46,379 bases of DNA from Thermococcus sp. JdFR-02 (GCA_002009975.1 MTLP01000006.1:1-46379); one strand, 5' to 3'; shown: positions 19,819 to 29,726, counted from the first letter of the stretch. Numbers and translations: made by a program. The notes: generated by a model from the sequence alone, not told the origin.

Positions 19819-20826
19819 TTATAAACCTTGCGTTAGGATGAGTTTGTCTAAGTTAAAAACTTTTAATCCAAAACGTGCGAGGGCTTCATTAATCTTCTCT
19901 TTTTCCAGCTTGTAGTCATAGACATAACCCTCAAAGCTATGTTCTATCAAATCTCTTTCAAATCCAAATAAACTCTGCATAATTTTGATAGCCTCTTCTT
20001 TCCTCTCTCCAAGTCTTTCCGTGTTTTCCCTATATCTCCTTACAAAATCATCAAAAATTTCCCTGTTAATCTCCAAGAAGCCCAAATTCACTCCCAAACT
20101 GCAGCAGGGATAATTACCAAAATAGTTCTTGTATCTATAAATCTTAAATCCCCTTCTTTCCAAAAGAGTTAAATAAGGTTCCCAAATGCTTAAAGCGTCA
20201 ATCTCTCCACTCAATAAAGAACCCATCATGCTTTCTGGATTTTTAAAGTATATGACATTAACCTTTTCAATAAGACCCTTTCTTTCTAAAAAGAGCTTCA
20301 ACATAGTTTCCATCGTGGAAAGTTCAGAAGAACCTATTTTTATTCCCTCTTTAAGCTCTTTCCTCACAACCAGACCGCTTCCACCAAACCCACATCCAGC
20401 CACGATCTTAACACTCCTCATCAGTAAACCATAGAGGATTTGGGTAATTAAAGGAGAACAGGCTAAATCGACCTTTCCCAAAGCTAAAGCATTTGTAAGC
20501 TCTAAAGCACTGTTATATACGAGAACCCTAACGTCATACTTTTCCTTTAAATCTTGAGCTGTTAAAAGGGCATGTGGATATTCTACTGCTCTCAAAATCC
20601 CCAACCTTACAATATCCTTAACTGGAAAGGGTGCTTCATCAATAAGCCAGATTCTGTAAGCCTTTTTACCTATTTCTCTTCTAACGATTAGCTTCTCCTT
20701 CTCAAGGAAATCTAAAGCTTCAGATATCGTAGAACGTGAATACCTTAGATTGTAAAGCTCACTCTGCAGAGCACCTTCATGACCTCTGCTTCTTAGATAA
20801 GTGAGGATATCATCTTTAGCACTCAT
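19819..20826 (-). CDS. N-terminal winged-helix fused to an SsuA/NMT1-like type II solute-binding domain (probable regulator)
   Basis: LQSEL...YSRSTISEALDFLEKEKLIVR (wHTH), then ALALGKVDL, GSGLVV, GEIDALSIWEPY and YPCC. No signal peptide. Confidence 0.7.
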   Translation of the reverse strand: MSAKDDILTYLRSRGHEGALQSELYNLRYSRSTISEALDFLEKEKLIVRREIGKKAYRIWLIDEAPFPVKDIVRLGILRAVEYPHALLTAQDLKEKYDVRVLVYNSALELTNALALGKVDLACSPLITQILYGLLMRSVKIVAGCGFGGSGLVVRKELKEGIKIGSSELSTMETMLKLFLERKGLIEKVNVIYFKNPESMMGSLLSGEIDALSIWEPYLTLLERRGFKIYRYKNYFGNYPCCSLGVNLGFLEINREIFDDFVRRYRENTERLGERKEEAIKIMQSLFGFERDLIEHSFEGYVYDYKLEKEKINEALARFGLKVFNLDKLILTQGL

Positions 20827-20887
20827 GAAAGCTTATAGAAAAGTTTGAGTATTTAAGGCTTAGCAAAGATAAAGTAAAAGAGAGGGT

Positions 20888-21061
20888 TCACTTTCTGTGC
20901 TTTCTTGACCAGCTGTACTTTCTCATCTTTGAGCTCTTTCCAAAGCCGCATGCCGCACAATAACCTTTTCTTCTGTTATAGGATTTCCTTCCACAGCGTC
21001 TGCACCTAATGTGAGTTTCTTTTTTATTCCTTTGACCCATCGTTGCAGTACCGCTTCCCAT
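20888..21061 (-). CDS. rpl37e: 50S ribosomal protein L37e
   Basis: [13 protein letters not shown]...CAACGFG zinc finger. Start at ATG 21061 after GGAGGTGG. Confidence 0.95.
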   Translation of the reverse strand: MGSGTATMGQRNKKETHIRCRRCGRKSYNRRKGYCAACGFGKSSKMRKYSWSRKHRK

Positions 21062-21078
21062 GAAAGCCACCTCCAAGC

Positions 21079-21309
21079 TCACTCTTCTTCAACTGGGGAA
21101 ATTGCCAAGACATTATCTCCCCTAATTACCACCCTACCATAGCTCCTCACAACTTCTCCACTTTCATATTGGTGAGCATCAGCCAATACCAAGTTAAGGT
21201 GTATATCATAACCCTTAAGCTTGCCTCTAAACTCAATACCCTTCTTGAGGACAACTAATACGTCTTTTTCGAGAGATCTGTGTATAACATCGAGTGGTCT
21301 TTCCGCCAT
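21079..21309 (-). CDS. Sm-like (Lsm/SmAP1) protein
   Basis: [20 protein letters not shown] and IRGDNV Sm motifs; conserved position upstream of rpl37e. Confidence 0.95.
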   Translation of the reverse strand: MAERPLDVIHRSLEKDVLVVLKKGIEFRGKLKGYDIHLNLVLADAHQYESGEVVRSYGRVVIRGDNVLAISPVEEE

Positions 21310-21445
21310 TTCTCTTCCCTCCTAAATAATCAAACTAAACGAAACCTCACATTCATAACGGGAAGATTTATTTATAACTCTTTCGTATTTATCTGAGCCT
21401 TGCCACCGCAAAAGTTTTTAGGTTTTAACATTTATGCCCTAAAAG

Positions 21446-23164
21446 GTGGGAGAAGTGAAGAAGATTGATAAGTTTGAAGTTTTGCAAGATTTGATGAGAA
21501 GGAGAGGTTTCGCTTGGCAAAGCTTTGAAATCTATGGTGGTGTCGGTGGATTTTACGATTATGGTCCTCTAGGTGCTACAATAAAAAGAAAAATCGAACA
21601 AAAAATCAGAGAAGCCTTCCAGAGGGAGGGATTTTTTGAGCTTGAAACACCAACAGTTACTCCAGAAGAGGTTTTTATAGCCTCTGGACACGTTGAAAAG
21701 TTTGTTGATCCATTAGTAGAGTGTAAAAAATGTGGCTCAAGATATAGAGCAGACCATTTAGTTGAAGAAGCCTTAGAAATTGATACAGAGGGTATGAGTG
21801 CTGAACATTTGACCAAAATCATCGAGGAAAACAACATAAAATGTCCCAAATGTGAGGGTGAGTTAGGAGAAGTTTGGTACTTTAACTTGATGTTTGAGAC
21901 TTATATCGGACCTTACAAAGATAAAAAAGGTTATTTAAGACCAGAAACTGCTCAAGGGTTGTTTATCAACTTCAAGCGTTTAAACCACTTTGCAAGGAAT
22001 CAATTACCTTTTGGAGTCTTCCAAATTGGAAAAGCATATAGAAACGAGATTTCGCCAAGACAAGGGATGATAAGGCTCAGAGAGTTTACACAGGCAGAAG
22101 CAGAGATCTTCTTTAACCCAAAAGAAACCGAGCACCCACACTTTGACGATGTAAAAGACGAAATCTTAAGGCTCTATCCAATTGAAAATCAGCTCAAAGG
22201 GTTTGGAGAAATCGAAATAACACTTGAAGAAGCTGTCAAGAAAAGATATGTCCTAAACACTTTCTTTGCTTATTACATGGCTATGGTTAAGCGTGTTTTA
22301 CTTGATATTGGTATTCCAGAGAAGGCGATTCGCTTTAGGCAGCAGCTACCAGAGGAAAGAGCCCACTATTCAACCGATACTTGGGATGTTGAAATCTACA
22401 GCGAAAGATTTGGATGGGTTGAATGTGTTGGAATTGCCTATAGAGGAGACTATGATTTAAGCAGACACATGAAGATGAGCGGTGAAGATTTAACTGTTAT
22501 GATACACTATGACAAGCCAAAGATAGTGAAAAAACTCAGAGTGTCCTTAAACATGGCTAAAGTTGGACCCAAGCTCAAGAAAGATGCAAAGAGGATAAAT
22601 GAGAGATTAAAGGAAATGAGTGAAGATGAAGTTAAGAAGATAGTTCAAAGCTTGGAAGAAACTGGAAAGGCAATAGTTGAAGGATATGAACTTGAAAGAG
22701 ACGACTTCATTATTAAAGAGGTTGAGGAGAAAATTACTGGAGAAAAGATAGTTCCTCACGTCTTAGAGCCAAGTTTTGGTATTGACAGACCTTTCTATCT
22801 CCTGCTTGAGAATTCGCTAACGGTTGATGAAGATGGAAGAATATATCTAAAAATAAAGAAAGATATGGCACCAATTGAAGTCGCAGTATTGCCTTTGGTT
22901 GCTAGAGAGCCATTGAAGGACATAGCATACGATGTATTTAGAACTCTGCAAAAAGCTGGACTCATAGTTATCTATGACGAAAAGGATACAATTGGAAGAA
23001 GATATGCAAGATATGATGAGATTGGAGTTCCCTACTGTGTAACAATTGATAATCAAACACCAGAGGACAATACTGTAACGATTAGAGATAGAGATACAAG
23101 AGAACAAATAAGGGTTAAGATTGAAGAGCTACCACAAAGGTTGAAAGAGTTAATTTTTGGCTAA
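21446..23164 (+). CDS. glyS: Glycine--tRNA ligase (homodimeric type)
   Basis: YDYGPLG, LRPETAQG, YRNEISPRQG, EPSFGIDR and a C-terminal anticodon-binding domain. Confidence 0.96.
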   Translation: MGEVKKIDKFEVLQDLMRRRGFAWQSFEIYGGVGGFYDYGPLGATIKRKIEQKIREAFQREGFFELETPTVTPEEVFIASGHVEKFVDPLVECKKCGSRYRADHLVEEALEIDTEGMSAEHLTKIIEENNIKCPKCEGELGEVWYFNLMFETYIGPYKDKKGYLRPETAQGLFINFKRLNHFARNQLPFGVFQIGKAYRNEISPRQGMIRLREFTQAEAEIFFNPKETEHPHFDDVKDEILRLYPIENQLKGFGEIEITLEEAVKKRYVLNTFFAYYMAMVKRVLLDIGIPEKAIRFRQQLPEERAHYSTDTWDVEIYSERFGWVECVGIAYRGDYDLSRHMKMSGEDLTVMIHYDKPKIVKKLRVSLNMAKVGPKLKKDAKRINERLKEMSEDEVKKIVQSLEETGKAIVEGYELERDDFIIKEVEEKITGEKIVPHVLEPSFGIDRPFYLLLENSLTVDEDGRIYLKIKKDMAPIEVAVLPLVAREPLKDIAYDVFRTLQKAGLIVIYDEKDTIGRRYARYDEIGVPYCVTIDNQTPEDNTVTIRDRDTREQIRVKIEELPQRLKELIFG

Positions 23165-23172
23165 TCTTTCTT

Positions 23173-23526
23173 TTATCTATACTTCACAAAAAAGTTGTAG
23201 TAAATTACAGCTCCAATGAGACTAACCCCAAGAACAAAAAGGTAAAGTGCTTCATCTGGTTTTTGATATATTGTGACCAAATAGCACCCATCAAAAGGTT
23301 CAACTTTTACATTGGGAATTTCTATGTAAGTTCTATTTCCCTTAACGAGATAAACTTGTGAATTTTTATAGTAAACGCCTAAATAACCCCTTCTCACACT
23401 TACATAGTATCCATTAAAGGAGAACTTGTCTCCTTCACAGAGCTTTTTGTTTAAGATTTCCTCATTAGGAAGAAGAAATGCAAGGAGTATTAAGGCAACA
23501 GCAACTAGTATAATGACCCTCTCCAT
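23173..23526 (-). CDS. Small membrane protein with N- and C-terminal TM helices
   Basis: Hydrophobic ends flank a short soluble domain containing two Cys. Confidence 0.65.
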   Translation of the reverse strand: MERVIILVAVALILLAFLLPNEEILNKKLCEGDKFSFNGYYVSVRRGYLGVYYKNSQVYLVKGNRTYIEIPNVKVEPFDGCYLVTIYQKPDEALYLFVLGVSLIGAVIYYNFFVKYR

Positions 23527-23566
23527 GCTATCCCATGAAAAAATAGAAAAGAATATATTTAAAGCT

Positions 23567-24571
23567 TCACTTCAAGATTCCTAGGCTCTTGTTTGTCTTT
23601 CTTATGCTTTTCCACTTTTCGGCTAATTCAAACATAGCTCTTATTGCATCAATGTTCTCTGGAACAACATCGCTCTCTTGATGAACCGCTTGGATGTAGA
23701 ATAAGCGATTTCCTTTGACACTAATGCTCTCTTTCCACACAGCAATTTCATATAAGTTGTTCCATTCTCTATGCAAGTCGCGAGCAAACTCAATTAACTG
23801 AGCTGTGCTTTCAAATCCCTTCTCCTTCTCAAAGAGCAACACTCTAGTTGTATTTTCAAAAATCTCAATGACATCTTCTTTTGTTATTGATTTCTTAAGC
23901 TCGATCATTACTGAGTGGACATGCATAAGTGTAGTAGGGACGACAAAAGCCATTGTCTCAATGTTTATTGGGATCACCGTTTGAACATCTGGACCGTGAT
24001 GAGATGGAACCTCAACACTCGGTTTTATTGCATTTATCGGACCTCTCTTGATGTCATTTGGATCTGCGGCTCTTCTAATCATCACAGCATAGACGTAATC
24101 GATATACTCTCGTAAGGCACTTAAAGTCCTTGTTAAGCCTGTTGTGTTACATGAAACCACTCTAACGTATCTTTTACCTAAAGCCTTCTCATAGTTCGCT
24201 TGAGCAACAAATGAAACCTCCCCAACTTCAGCTTTTTCCCCACCTTGAAAAATAGCTCTAACTCCATGTTTTTCATAAAGAGCTTTGTTTTTAGCTCCAA
24301 TTCCTCCGGGTGTTGCATCAACTATCACATCTACTTTATCTAAAAGATCCTCTAATGTTCCTGCAACTTCAAATCCCCTTTTCTCAAACCTCGGCAAGAA
24401 TTCTGAAGAAGCAGCGAAAACTGGAATACCCAGTTCTTTTGCACGATAAGCTTCATAATCAGGCTTTGTTTTTGTTACTCCAATGAGCTCCATATCATCC
24501 TGTTTTAAAACAGCATAAGCGACTCTCTTCCCAATTGTTCCATAACCATTAATTCCCACCTTTACTTTCAT
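23567..24571 (-). CDS. gap: Archaeal phosphorylating glyceraldehyde-3-phosphate dehydrogenase
   Basis: [25 protein letters not shown] and SHHGPDV motifs. Confidence 0.95.
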   Translation of the reverse strand: MKVKVGINGYGTIGKRVAYAVLKQDDMELIGVTKTKPDYEAYRAKELGIPVFAASSEFLPRFEKRGFEVAGTLEDLLDKVDVIVDATPGGIGAKNKALYEKHGVRAIFQGGEKAEVGEVSFVAQANYEKALGKRYVRVVSCNTTGLTRTLSALREYIDYVYAVMIRRAADPNDIKRGPINAIKPSVEVPSHHGPDVQTVIPINIETMAFVVPTTLMHVHSVMIELKKSITKEDVIEIFENTTRVLLFEKEKGFESTAQLIEFARDLHREWNNLYEIAVWKESISVKGNRLFYIQAVHQESDVVPENIDAIRAMFELAEKWKSIRKTNKSLGILK

Positions 24572-24616
24572 CTTATCACCCAGGATATTTTATATTTGTG
24601 AAATACTTAAGCTTTG

Positions 24617-24635
24617 TTTTCACCAGGAGTGAAAA
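24617..24635. promoter_or_regulatory. TGM (TrmBL1/Tgr) site upstream of the gap BRE/TATA
   Basis: TTTTCAC-CAGGA-GTGAAAA fits TATCAC-N5-GTGATA and abuts the minus-strand CAAAG-CTTAAGTA promoter (24604-24616). Confidence 0.7.
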
Positions 24636-24675
24636 GCGTTTAAATTGAAAAGGAAAATTAATTCTGGTGAGACCT

Positions 24676-25434
24676 ATGCTTGCTGAGATTTTAACTATTG
24701 GAGATGAGCTTTTAACTGGAAACACAGTTGACAGCAACTCGGCATATATAGCTCAAAAATTAACGGAGAAAGGATATTGGGTTAAAAGAAAAACAACAGT
24801 TGGAGATGACGTTGAAGAGATAAAAACTGTTGTTAGAGAGATTTTAGATAGGAAGCCAGAAATTTTAATAATCTCTGGCGGCTTGGGACCTACTCACGAC
24901 GATGTTACAATGTTAGCAATTGCTGAGGCTTTGAATTTAGAGTTAGAGCTGAATGAGAATGCTTTAAAAAGAATTGAAGAATTCTACAAAGATCTTTATA
25001 AAAAAGGTTTGATTGATGATCCTACGTTAAATGAAGCAAGAAAGAAGATGGCTTATCTTCCCAAGGGTGCTGAGCTTCTAGAGAATACTGTTGGAGCTGC
25101 CCCCGGGGCCTATATAAAGCTTGAGAACACGAAAATTTTTGTTCTTCCAGGAATGCCAAGGGAGATGAAAGCAATGCTTGAAAATGAAGTCTTGCCGAGA
25201 ATCGGGGAAAAGAAGTTCATTCAAAAGAAACTTTTAGCAGAGATTACCGACGAATCAAAGCTGGCTCCAATTTTAAGTGAAACTCTTCAAAGGTTTAACG
25301 TTAAAATCCACTCTTCCCCAAAGGGTTTTGGAAAGTATATTGGGGTGATAATATTTGGGGAAAATGAAGAGACTATAGAAAAGGCTAAAAAGTTTATGGA
25401 AGAGAAAGGAATTCAGTTTGAGGAAGGATGGTGA
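24676..25434 (+). CDS. CinA N-terminal-like (COG1058) molybdopterin-binding-domain protein
   Basis: TIGDELLTG, DSNS, GGLGPTHDD and LPGMPREM motifs. ATG 24676 follows GGTGA. Confidence 0.85.
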   Translation: MLAEILTIGDELLTGNTVDSNSAYIAQKLTEKGYWVKRKTTVGDDVEEIKTVVREILDRKPEILIISGGLGPTHDDVTMLAIAEALNLELELNENALKRIEEFYKDLYKKGLIDDPTLNEARKKMAYLPKGAELLENTVGAAPGAYIKLENTKIFVLPGMPREMKAMLENEVLPRIGEKKFIQKKLLAEITDESKLAPILSETLQRFNVKIHSSPKGFGKYIGVIIFGENEETIEKAKKFMEEKGIQFEEGW

Positions 25435-25438
25435 TTTA

Positions 25439-26266
25439 ATGCTTCCAAAAGATGTTCAAGCAATACTTGAAGAGATGAAAGCAGAAAAAATTAGAGGTGC
25501 TTCATATTTAGCTAAAAAAGGAGCTGAGGCATATATAAAGCTCTCTGATCTTTTAGATGGTTTTGAGCTTTCTAGTGCTATTGAAGAGCTTAGTAGGGAA
25601 ATATTAAACGTCAATCCCACCATGGCTTCCCTTTACAACCTAACCCACTTTATTAAACCTTCCCAAGATCCTGAATTTGTGAAAGCAAAAGCTCAGGAGT
25701 TCATTAAATTAAGCGAGGAAGCAAGAAAGGAGATTGGAAATATAGGAAGTGAGTTAATTGATGATGGAGACATCATAATAACCCACTCATTCTCTTCAAC
25801 GGTTTTAGAAATCTTTAAAGCGGCAAAAGTTAAGGGTAAAATGTTTAGGATTATCTTAACAGAGAGCTCTCCTGATTACGAGGGCTTAGCTTTAGCTAAG
25901 GAGCTTAAAAAAATTGGAATTTCATTTGAAATCATAACAGATGCTCAAATAGGATTTTTCGCTAAAAAATCAACCTTAGCTTTTGTTGGTGCAGACAACA
26001 TAACCCAAGATGGATGCGTAATTAATAAAGCTGGCACTTATCTCCTAGCTTTAGCCTGTTTTGATAATGGTATTCCCCTTTATGTTGCTGCTGAAAGCTT
26101 TAAAATTCATCCAAAACTCAAGGCTGAGGAAATCGAAATCGTGGAACGGAAATTTAAGAGAAATCACTTTCTAATTAGGAACTTTCTCTTTGATGTAACA
26201 CCTTGGCGCTATGTAAGGGGCATAATAACAGAGCTGGGAATTTTGGTGCCACCTAAGGAATTATAG
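25439..26266 (+). CDS. eIF-2B alpha/beta/delta (ribose-1,5-bisphosphate isomerase-like) family protein
   Basis: IRGA, PTMASL, THSFSS, TESSPDYEG, VGAD, NKAGT, FDVTP and ITELG motifs. Confidence 0.85.
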   Translation: MLPKDVQAILEEMKAEKIRGASYLAKKGAEAYIKLSDLLDGFELSSAIEELSREILNVNPTMASLYNLTHFIKPSQDPEFVKAKAQEFIKLSEEARKEIGNIGSELIDDGDIIITHSFSSTVLEIFKAAKVKGKMFRIILTESSPDYEGLALAKELKKIGISFEIITDAQIGFFAKKSTLAFVGADNITQDGCVINKAGTYLLALACFDNGIPLYVAAESFKIHPKLKAEEIEIVERKFKRNHFLIRNFLFDVTPWRYVRGIITELGILVPPKEL

Positions 26267-26275
26267 ATATTCTCA

Positions 26276-26608
26276 TTAACCTTTTCTCTTCCTAATCTTC
26301 CGGTTAAATCTAGGCAATTCACCATGTTTTTTAATATATCCATCTAAAAGAGCTTTTTGCCTTTTTTCTGCTTCATTTATGTCCTCCGTTATCTCATATC
26401 GAAAATATGATGCTCCCATTATTGGATCAGAGCCAGATGGTAGATGCGTTAAAAGTTCATCCCTAATATTTCCTGCCCCTACATATAGAACTTCTCCATT
26501 CCCACTTACAAGCTCGTAAACTCCATAAAGGTTCATAGCCTCTCTAAATATGTCTTCTTCAGTAAACTTAAACCAATCTTTCGCAATTGTCGTTCTTAAT
26601 CCCTCCAA
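26276..26608 (-). CDS. Small GIY-YIG-like nuclease protein; start uncertain
   Basis: GVYEL...VLYVGAG...IRDELLTH...E..(Q)...LPRFN pattern. Confidence 0.6.
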   Translation of the reverse strand: MEGLRTTIAKDWFKFTEEDIFREAMNLYGVYELVSGNGEVLYVGAGNIRDELLTHLPSGSDPIMGASYFRYEITEDINEAEKRQKALLDGYIKKHGELPRFNRKIRKRKG

Positions 26609-26950
26609 AACTCCTATAGCTATACTTTCTTTTGTTCTTATATAACACTATCCTAAAAATTTATAGGAAAGTTAAAAATAAAAGCCATCTGATTGCTACT
26701 TAAAAGAAACTCAAAGTCCCAACAGTCGTTATCAACGTTCTTACAGAGCTTTTCAAAAAACTTCCCCTTTAAACTTTACCACAACTCGCCTTAATGACCA
26801 CAAGTATCATTAAAACTGAAAGTCAGTAACTATGAAAATTTAGTATTGCTACTCTTCAAATCCGAAAGCTATGTAACTTTTGACCACATTATAGAGGATC
26901 AAAAACTCTAAAGTTCGAGATTCATAGCTCTAACAAGAATAGTGATTGAA

Positions 26951-27027
26951 TGGAGCCGGGACCGGGATTTGAACCCGGGACCTGGGGATTACGAGTCCCC
27001 CGCCCTACCGAGCTAGGCTACCCCGGC
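26951..27027 (-). tRNA. tRNA-Thr(CGT) with encoded CCA
   Basis: GCCGGGGTAGCCTAGCTCGGTAGGGCGGGGGA-CT-CGT-AA-TCCCCAGGTCCCGGGTTCAAATCCCGGTCCCGGCTCCA folds as a cloverleaf; upstream AAAG-CTTATAAA promoter. Confidence 0.96.
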
Positions 27028-27073
27028 ATTTCCAAAAATGATGAAAAAACAGGAATTTATAAGCTTTACCCAT

Positions 27074-27490
27074 TCAGACCAATTCTTTTCCAGTAGTCGT
27101 CATGACCAACTTTCCATGCTTAACTCCTTTTAAGCTTATTAATCGTTCAGCAATCTTTTTTATATCGCTGGCTTTCCCCTTAACCACTATAACTTCTAAA
27201 CAGTTATGCTCATCCATGTGTACATGGAGACTTGAGATTATTTGATTTACGTAATCATGCTGCAAATCTAAAAGTTCTTCAACTACCGCTGCTTCATCAT
27301 GGTTATAAACTATCGTTATTGTTCCAGCCACTTCTTCATCACCCAGCTCCCACTCATGCCTCACGATGAAATCCCTGATCAAATCTCTTATTGCTTCACT
27401 CCTATTTGCATAACCCTTTTCTTCAATCATCTCATCGAACTTTGTCAATAAATCCTCTGGAATAGAAACACCAAAGCGAACTATCTTCAT
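27074..27490 (-). CDS. nikR: Nickel-responsive regulator NikR
   Basis: RFGVSI...[15 protein letters not shown] ribbon-helix-helix and HVHMDEHNC Ni site. Start ATG 27490 after AGGTGGTG. Confidence 0.95.
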   Translation of the reverse strand: MKIVRFGVSIPEDLLTKFDEMIEEKGYANRSEAIRDLIRDFIVRHEWELGDEEVAGTITIVYNHDEAAVVEELLDLQHDYVNQIISSLHVHMDEHNCLEVIVVKGKASDIKKIAERLISLKGVKHGKLVMTTTGKELV

Positions 27491-27638
27491 AGCACCACCT
27501 AAGGATAATGCAACAATGTTGTATTTAAGCTTCATGTATCTGAGCTTTCCACAATTTTAAAACGAATTGAAAGAGTTTTCTAATGATAAACAATAAAGTT
27601 GATAAAGCCTAAAACTTAACATTAAGATAGTGGTATGT

Positions 27639-29726
27639 ATGGAAAAGAACATGCGTAGGATTATTCTTGTTCTTCTTGCTCTTTATGTATTATTTCTACT
27701 TGTGACGCTTAAACCGCCCGAAAAAGATGAGATAGCTTCCCAAGTTGAAGAATTCGAAAAGGGTAAAAATGTTACTCTTGGACAAACTGAGGACATAATT
27801 TTGATTGCAAATAAGCTTGGATTTCTTGATGACTCAATTTTAAGTGATGAGGAGATAGAGATTTCGAATAAAGTTTATTCCCTCTACAAATACCGCACAA
27901 CCTTATTTGATGATGTTCTTGTAGATGATCCAAGAAAGTTTGGGGAGTTAAGTGAAAGAGTTACCAAAACACTTCAAAATGTTCCAGTTCCACTTAGGGA
28001 TGATATGATAAGGTTTCTCTTTTCTGAAGCTCCTTATACCCTTAAAGAGTTCTCTGTTAGGGTTGAACTTTTTGAAATGCAGGTAAATGAGTTTCTACAG
28101 ATTTACAAAAAACTGCCAAGAAACATTAAGAAGGGAATAGAAAACTCAAAAAGAATTTATGAGGTCAAAAACTTTGAAAACTACACCTCTTTGATAAAAA
28201 AGCTCGAAATGACGTTGGAAGGTTTTCCTCCTGAAGTTGTTAATGCAATTGATGAGATGAAAGGTATCATAAAGGGATTTGAACCAGATGAGATTCTTGA
28301 ATTTTTAAGAGGAGCAAAAGAGGTTAGGGAAAAGATCTATGCCAACATAACATACAAGGAATGGTTTTTGGAGAACTCATTCCATTACAATATAAACGAA
28401 ATTCATAAGTCATGGGAAGGATTTGTCAAAGCCCAACTCAACGATAAAGAACCCCCTAAATTCAAAGGCACCATAGAGAGTTTACCAAGTGGCTTAATTG
28501 AAATTATGGTGTCAATAAAGGATCAAGCCAATCCCCCAAAGAAGATTGAAATATACCTCAATGGGAAGAAAAAGCTCAGCGAAACTTTTAGCACTCAATC
28601 GTTGAGTCACAGCTATATCATATCAACTTTTATTGAATGGGGAGACTACAACATAACGGTTAAAGTATTTGATGCAAAAGGAAACTATAACTATGTAGAA
28701 GTGTTTTTACAGCACTATCCTTTAATTTTCCCGATTGAATTTGGAAATGAAGCAAAGTACAGCTTCCAAAAAGCAAGGCTTTACAGCAGAGAAGAGATAG
28801 AATATATGTGGAGAAAAGCTGTAGAGTATAAGCCGCTCCAATTATTTAAAGCCGTTTATCCCGAATTAGGCTTTGAAAGATACGACAAAATCAGATTTGG
28901 AAGCATGATCTCGTTTTTCTATAAAGATGCGAAGAAAAAGCTGCTCACATATTACAACAAGCCTTTAACACCTTACTCAATAAATGCTCTGCATATAGCA
29001 ACGTTTGTCAATGACTATGTTCACTCTTTCAATTTACCTGTAATTAAAACGTTGGAATCGACAGTTTGTGGTTATGACGGAGAAACAGAATTGATCCTAA
29101 TGAACAATCTTTTTATGGACTTCAATATAAAAGCTTGGGCAATACAAATTCCCGCAAGCATAGAAGGGAAAAATATTGATCATTCTGAGGTGGTAGTTCT
29201 TTGGAGGGCTCCTCTCTTAGTTGGAAGTAACTATAAAGGAGTCTTCATTTTAGGCAAAGATCCCTATCTCTTCAATCCACAAATCTATCCCTTTGAAGAG
29301 GGATGGCCCGAAAAATATACCCAAGACACTGTTGGAATAATGACCCTCGGATTACTACCTTACAGACCCGAACAATTTGCCCTAAAAGAGTTCTATGAGC
29401 GCTTTGGCATAAAAGTTACTCCAGCGTATCCACTAAAGAACCTAGAAAAAGAGTTTATAAAAGGATATGAACTCTTCTTTTCATATATAAGCTTTCAAAT
29501 TAGTCAAGAGTATCTCCAAAAACTGCTCAACATGACTATGGAAGGGAAATTGGAGATTTTAGATGAGCTAAACAAACTGGAAGCTGCAAGAGAACTTTGG
29601 TATCGCTTGGATGGATACAAGCTCTATTCTGGTCTCCAAACTTCTTACGATTACGTGTTTGTAGATGGGGAGGGGAACTTTTACTATGTTCACAAAAGTC
29701 GCTCCAGAATGTTCTCAAGCTCATAG
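27639..29726 (+). CDS. Membrane-anchored hypothetical protein (helical region, Ig-like domain, putative transglutaminase-like C-terminus)
   Basis: N-terminal TM helix (RRIILVLLALYVLFLLV); DKEPPKF...YNITVKVFDAKGN Ig-like segment; VCG...DHSEVVV...LFNP pattern. Confidence 0.7.
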   Translation: MEKNMRRIILVLLALYVLFLLVTLKPPEKDEIASQVEEFEKGKNVTLGQTEDIILIANKLGFLDDSILSDEEIEISNKVYSLYKYRTTLFDDVLVDDPRKFGELSERVTKTLQNVPVPLRDDMIRFLFSEAPYTLKEFSVRVELFEMQVNEFLQIYKKLPRNIKKGIENSKRIYEVKNFENYTSLIKKLEMTLEGFPPEVVNAIDEMKGIIKGFEPDEILEFLRGAKEVREKIYANITYKEWFLENSFHYNINEIHKSWEGFVKAQLNDKEPPKFKGTIESLPSGLIEIMVSIKDQANPPKKIEIYLNGKKKLSETFSTQSLSHSYIISTFIEWGDYNITVKVFDAKGNYNYVEVFLQHYPLIFPIEFGNEAKYSFQKARLYSREEIEYMWRKAVEYKPLQLFKAVYPELGFERYDKIRFGSMISFFYKDAKKKLLTYYNKPLTPYSINALHIATFVNDYVHSFNLPVIKTLESTVCGYDGETELILMNNLFMDFNIKAWAIQIPASIEGKNIDHSEVVVLWRAPLLVGSNYKGVFILGKDPYLFNPQIYPFEEGWPEKYTQDTVGIMTLGLLPYRPEQFALKEFYERFGIKVTPAYPLKNLEKEFIKGYELFFSYISFQISQEYLQKLLNMTMEGKLEILDELNKLEAARELWYRLDGYKLYSGLQTSYDYVFVDGEGNFYYVHKSRSRMFSSS

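Noticed and set aside
26609-26950. Intact integrative element at tRNA-Thr
   Set aside because: No integrase ORF and no duplicated tRNA 3' half found in the window.
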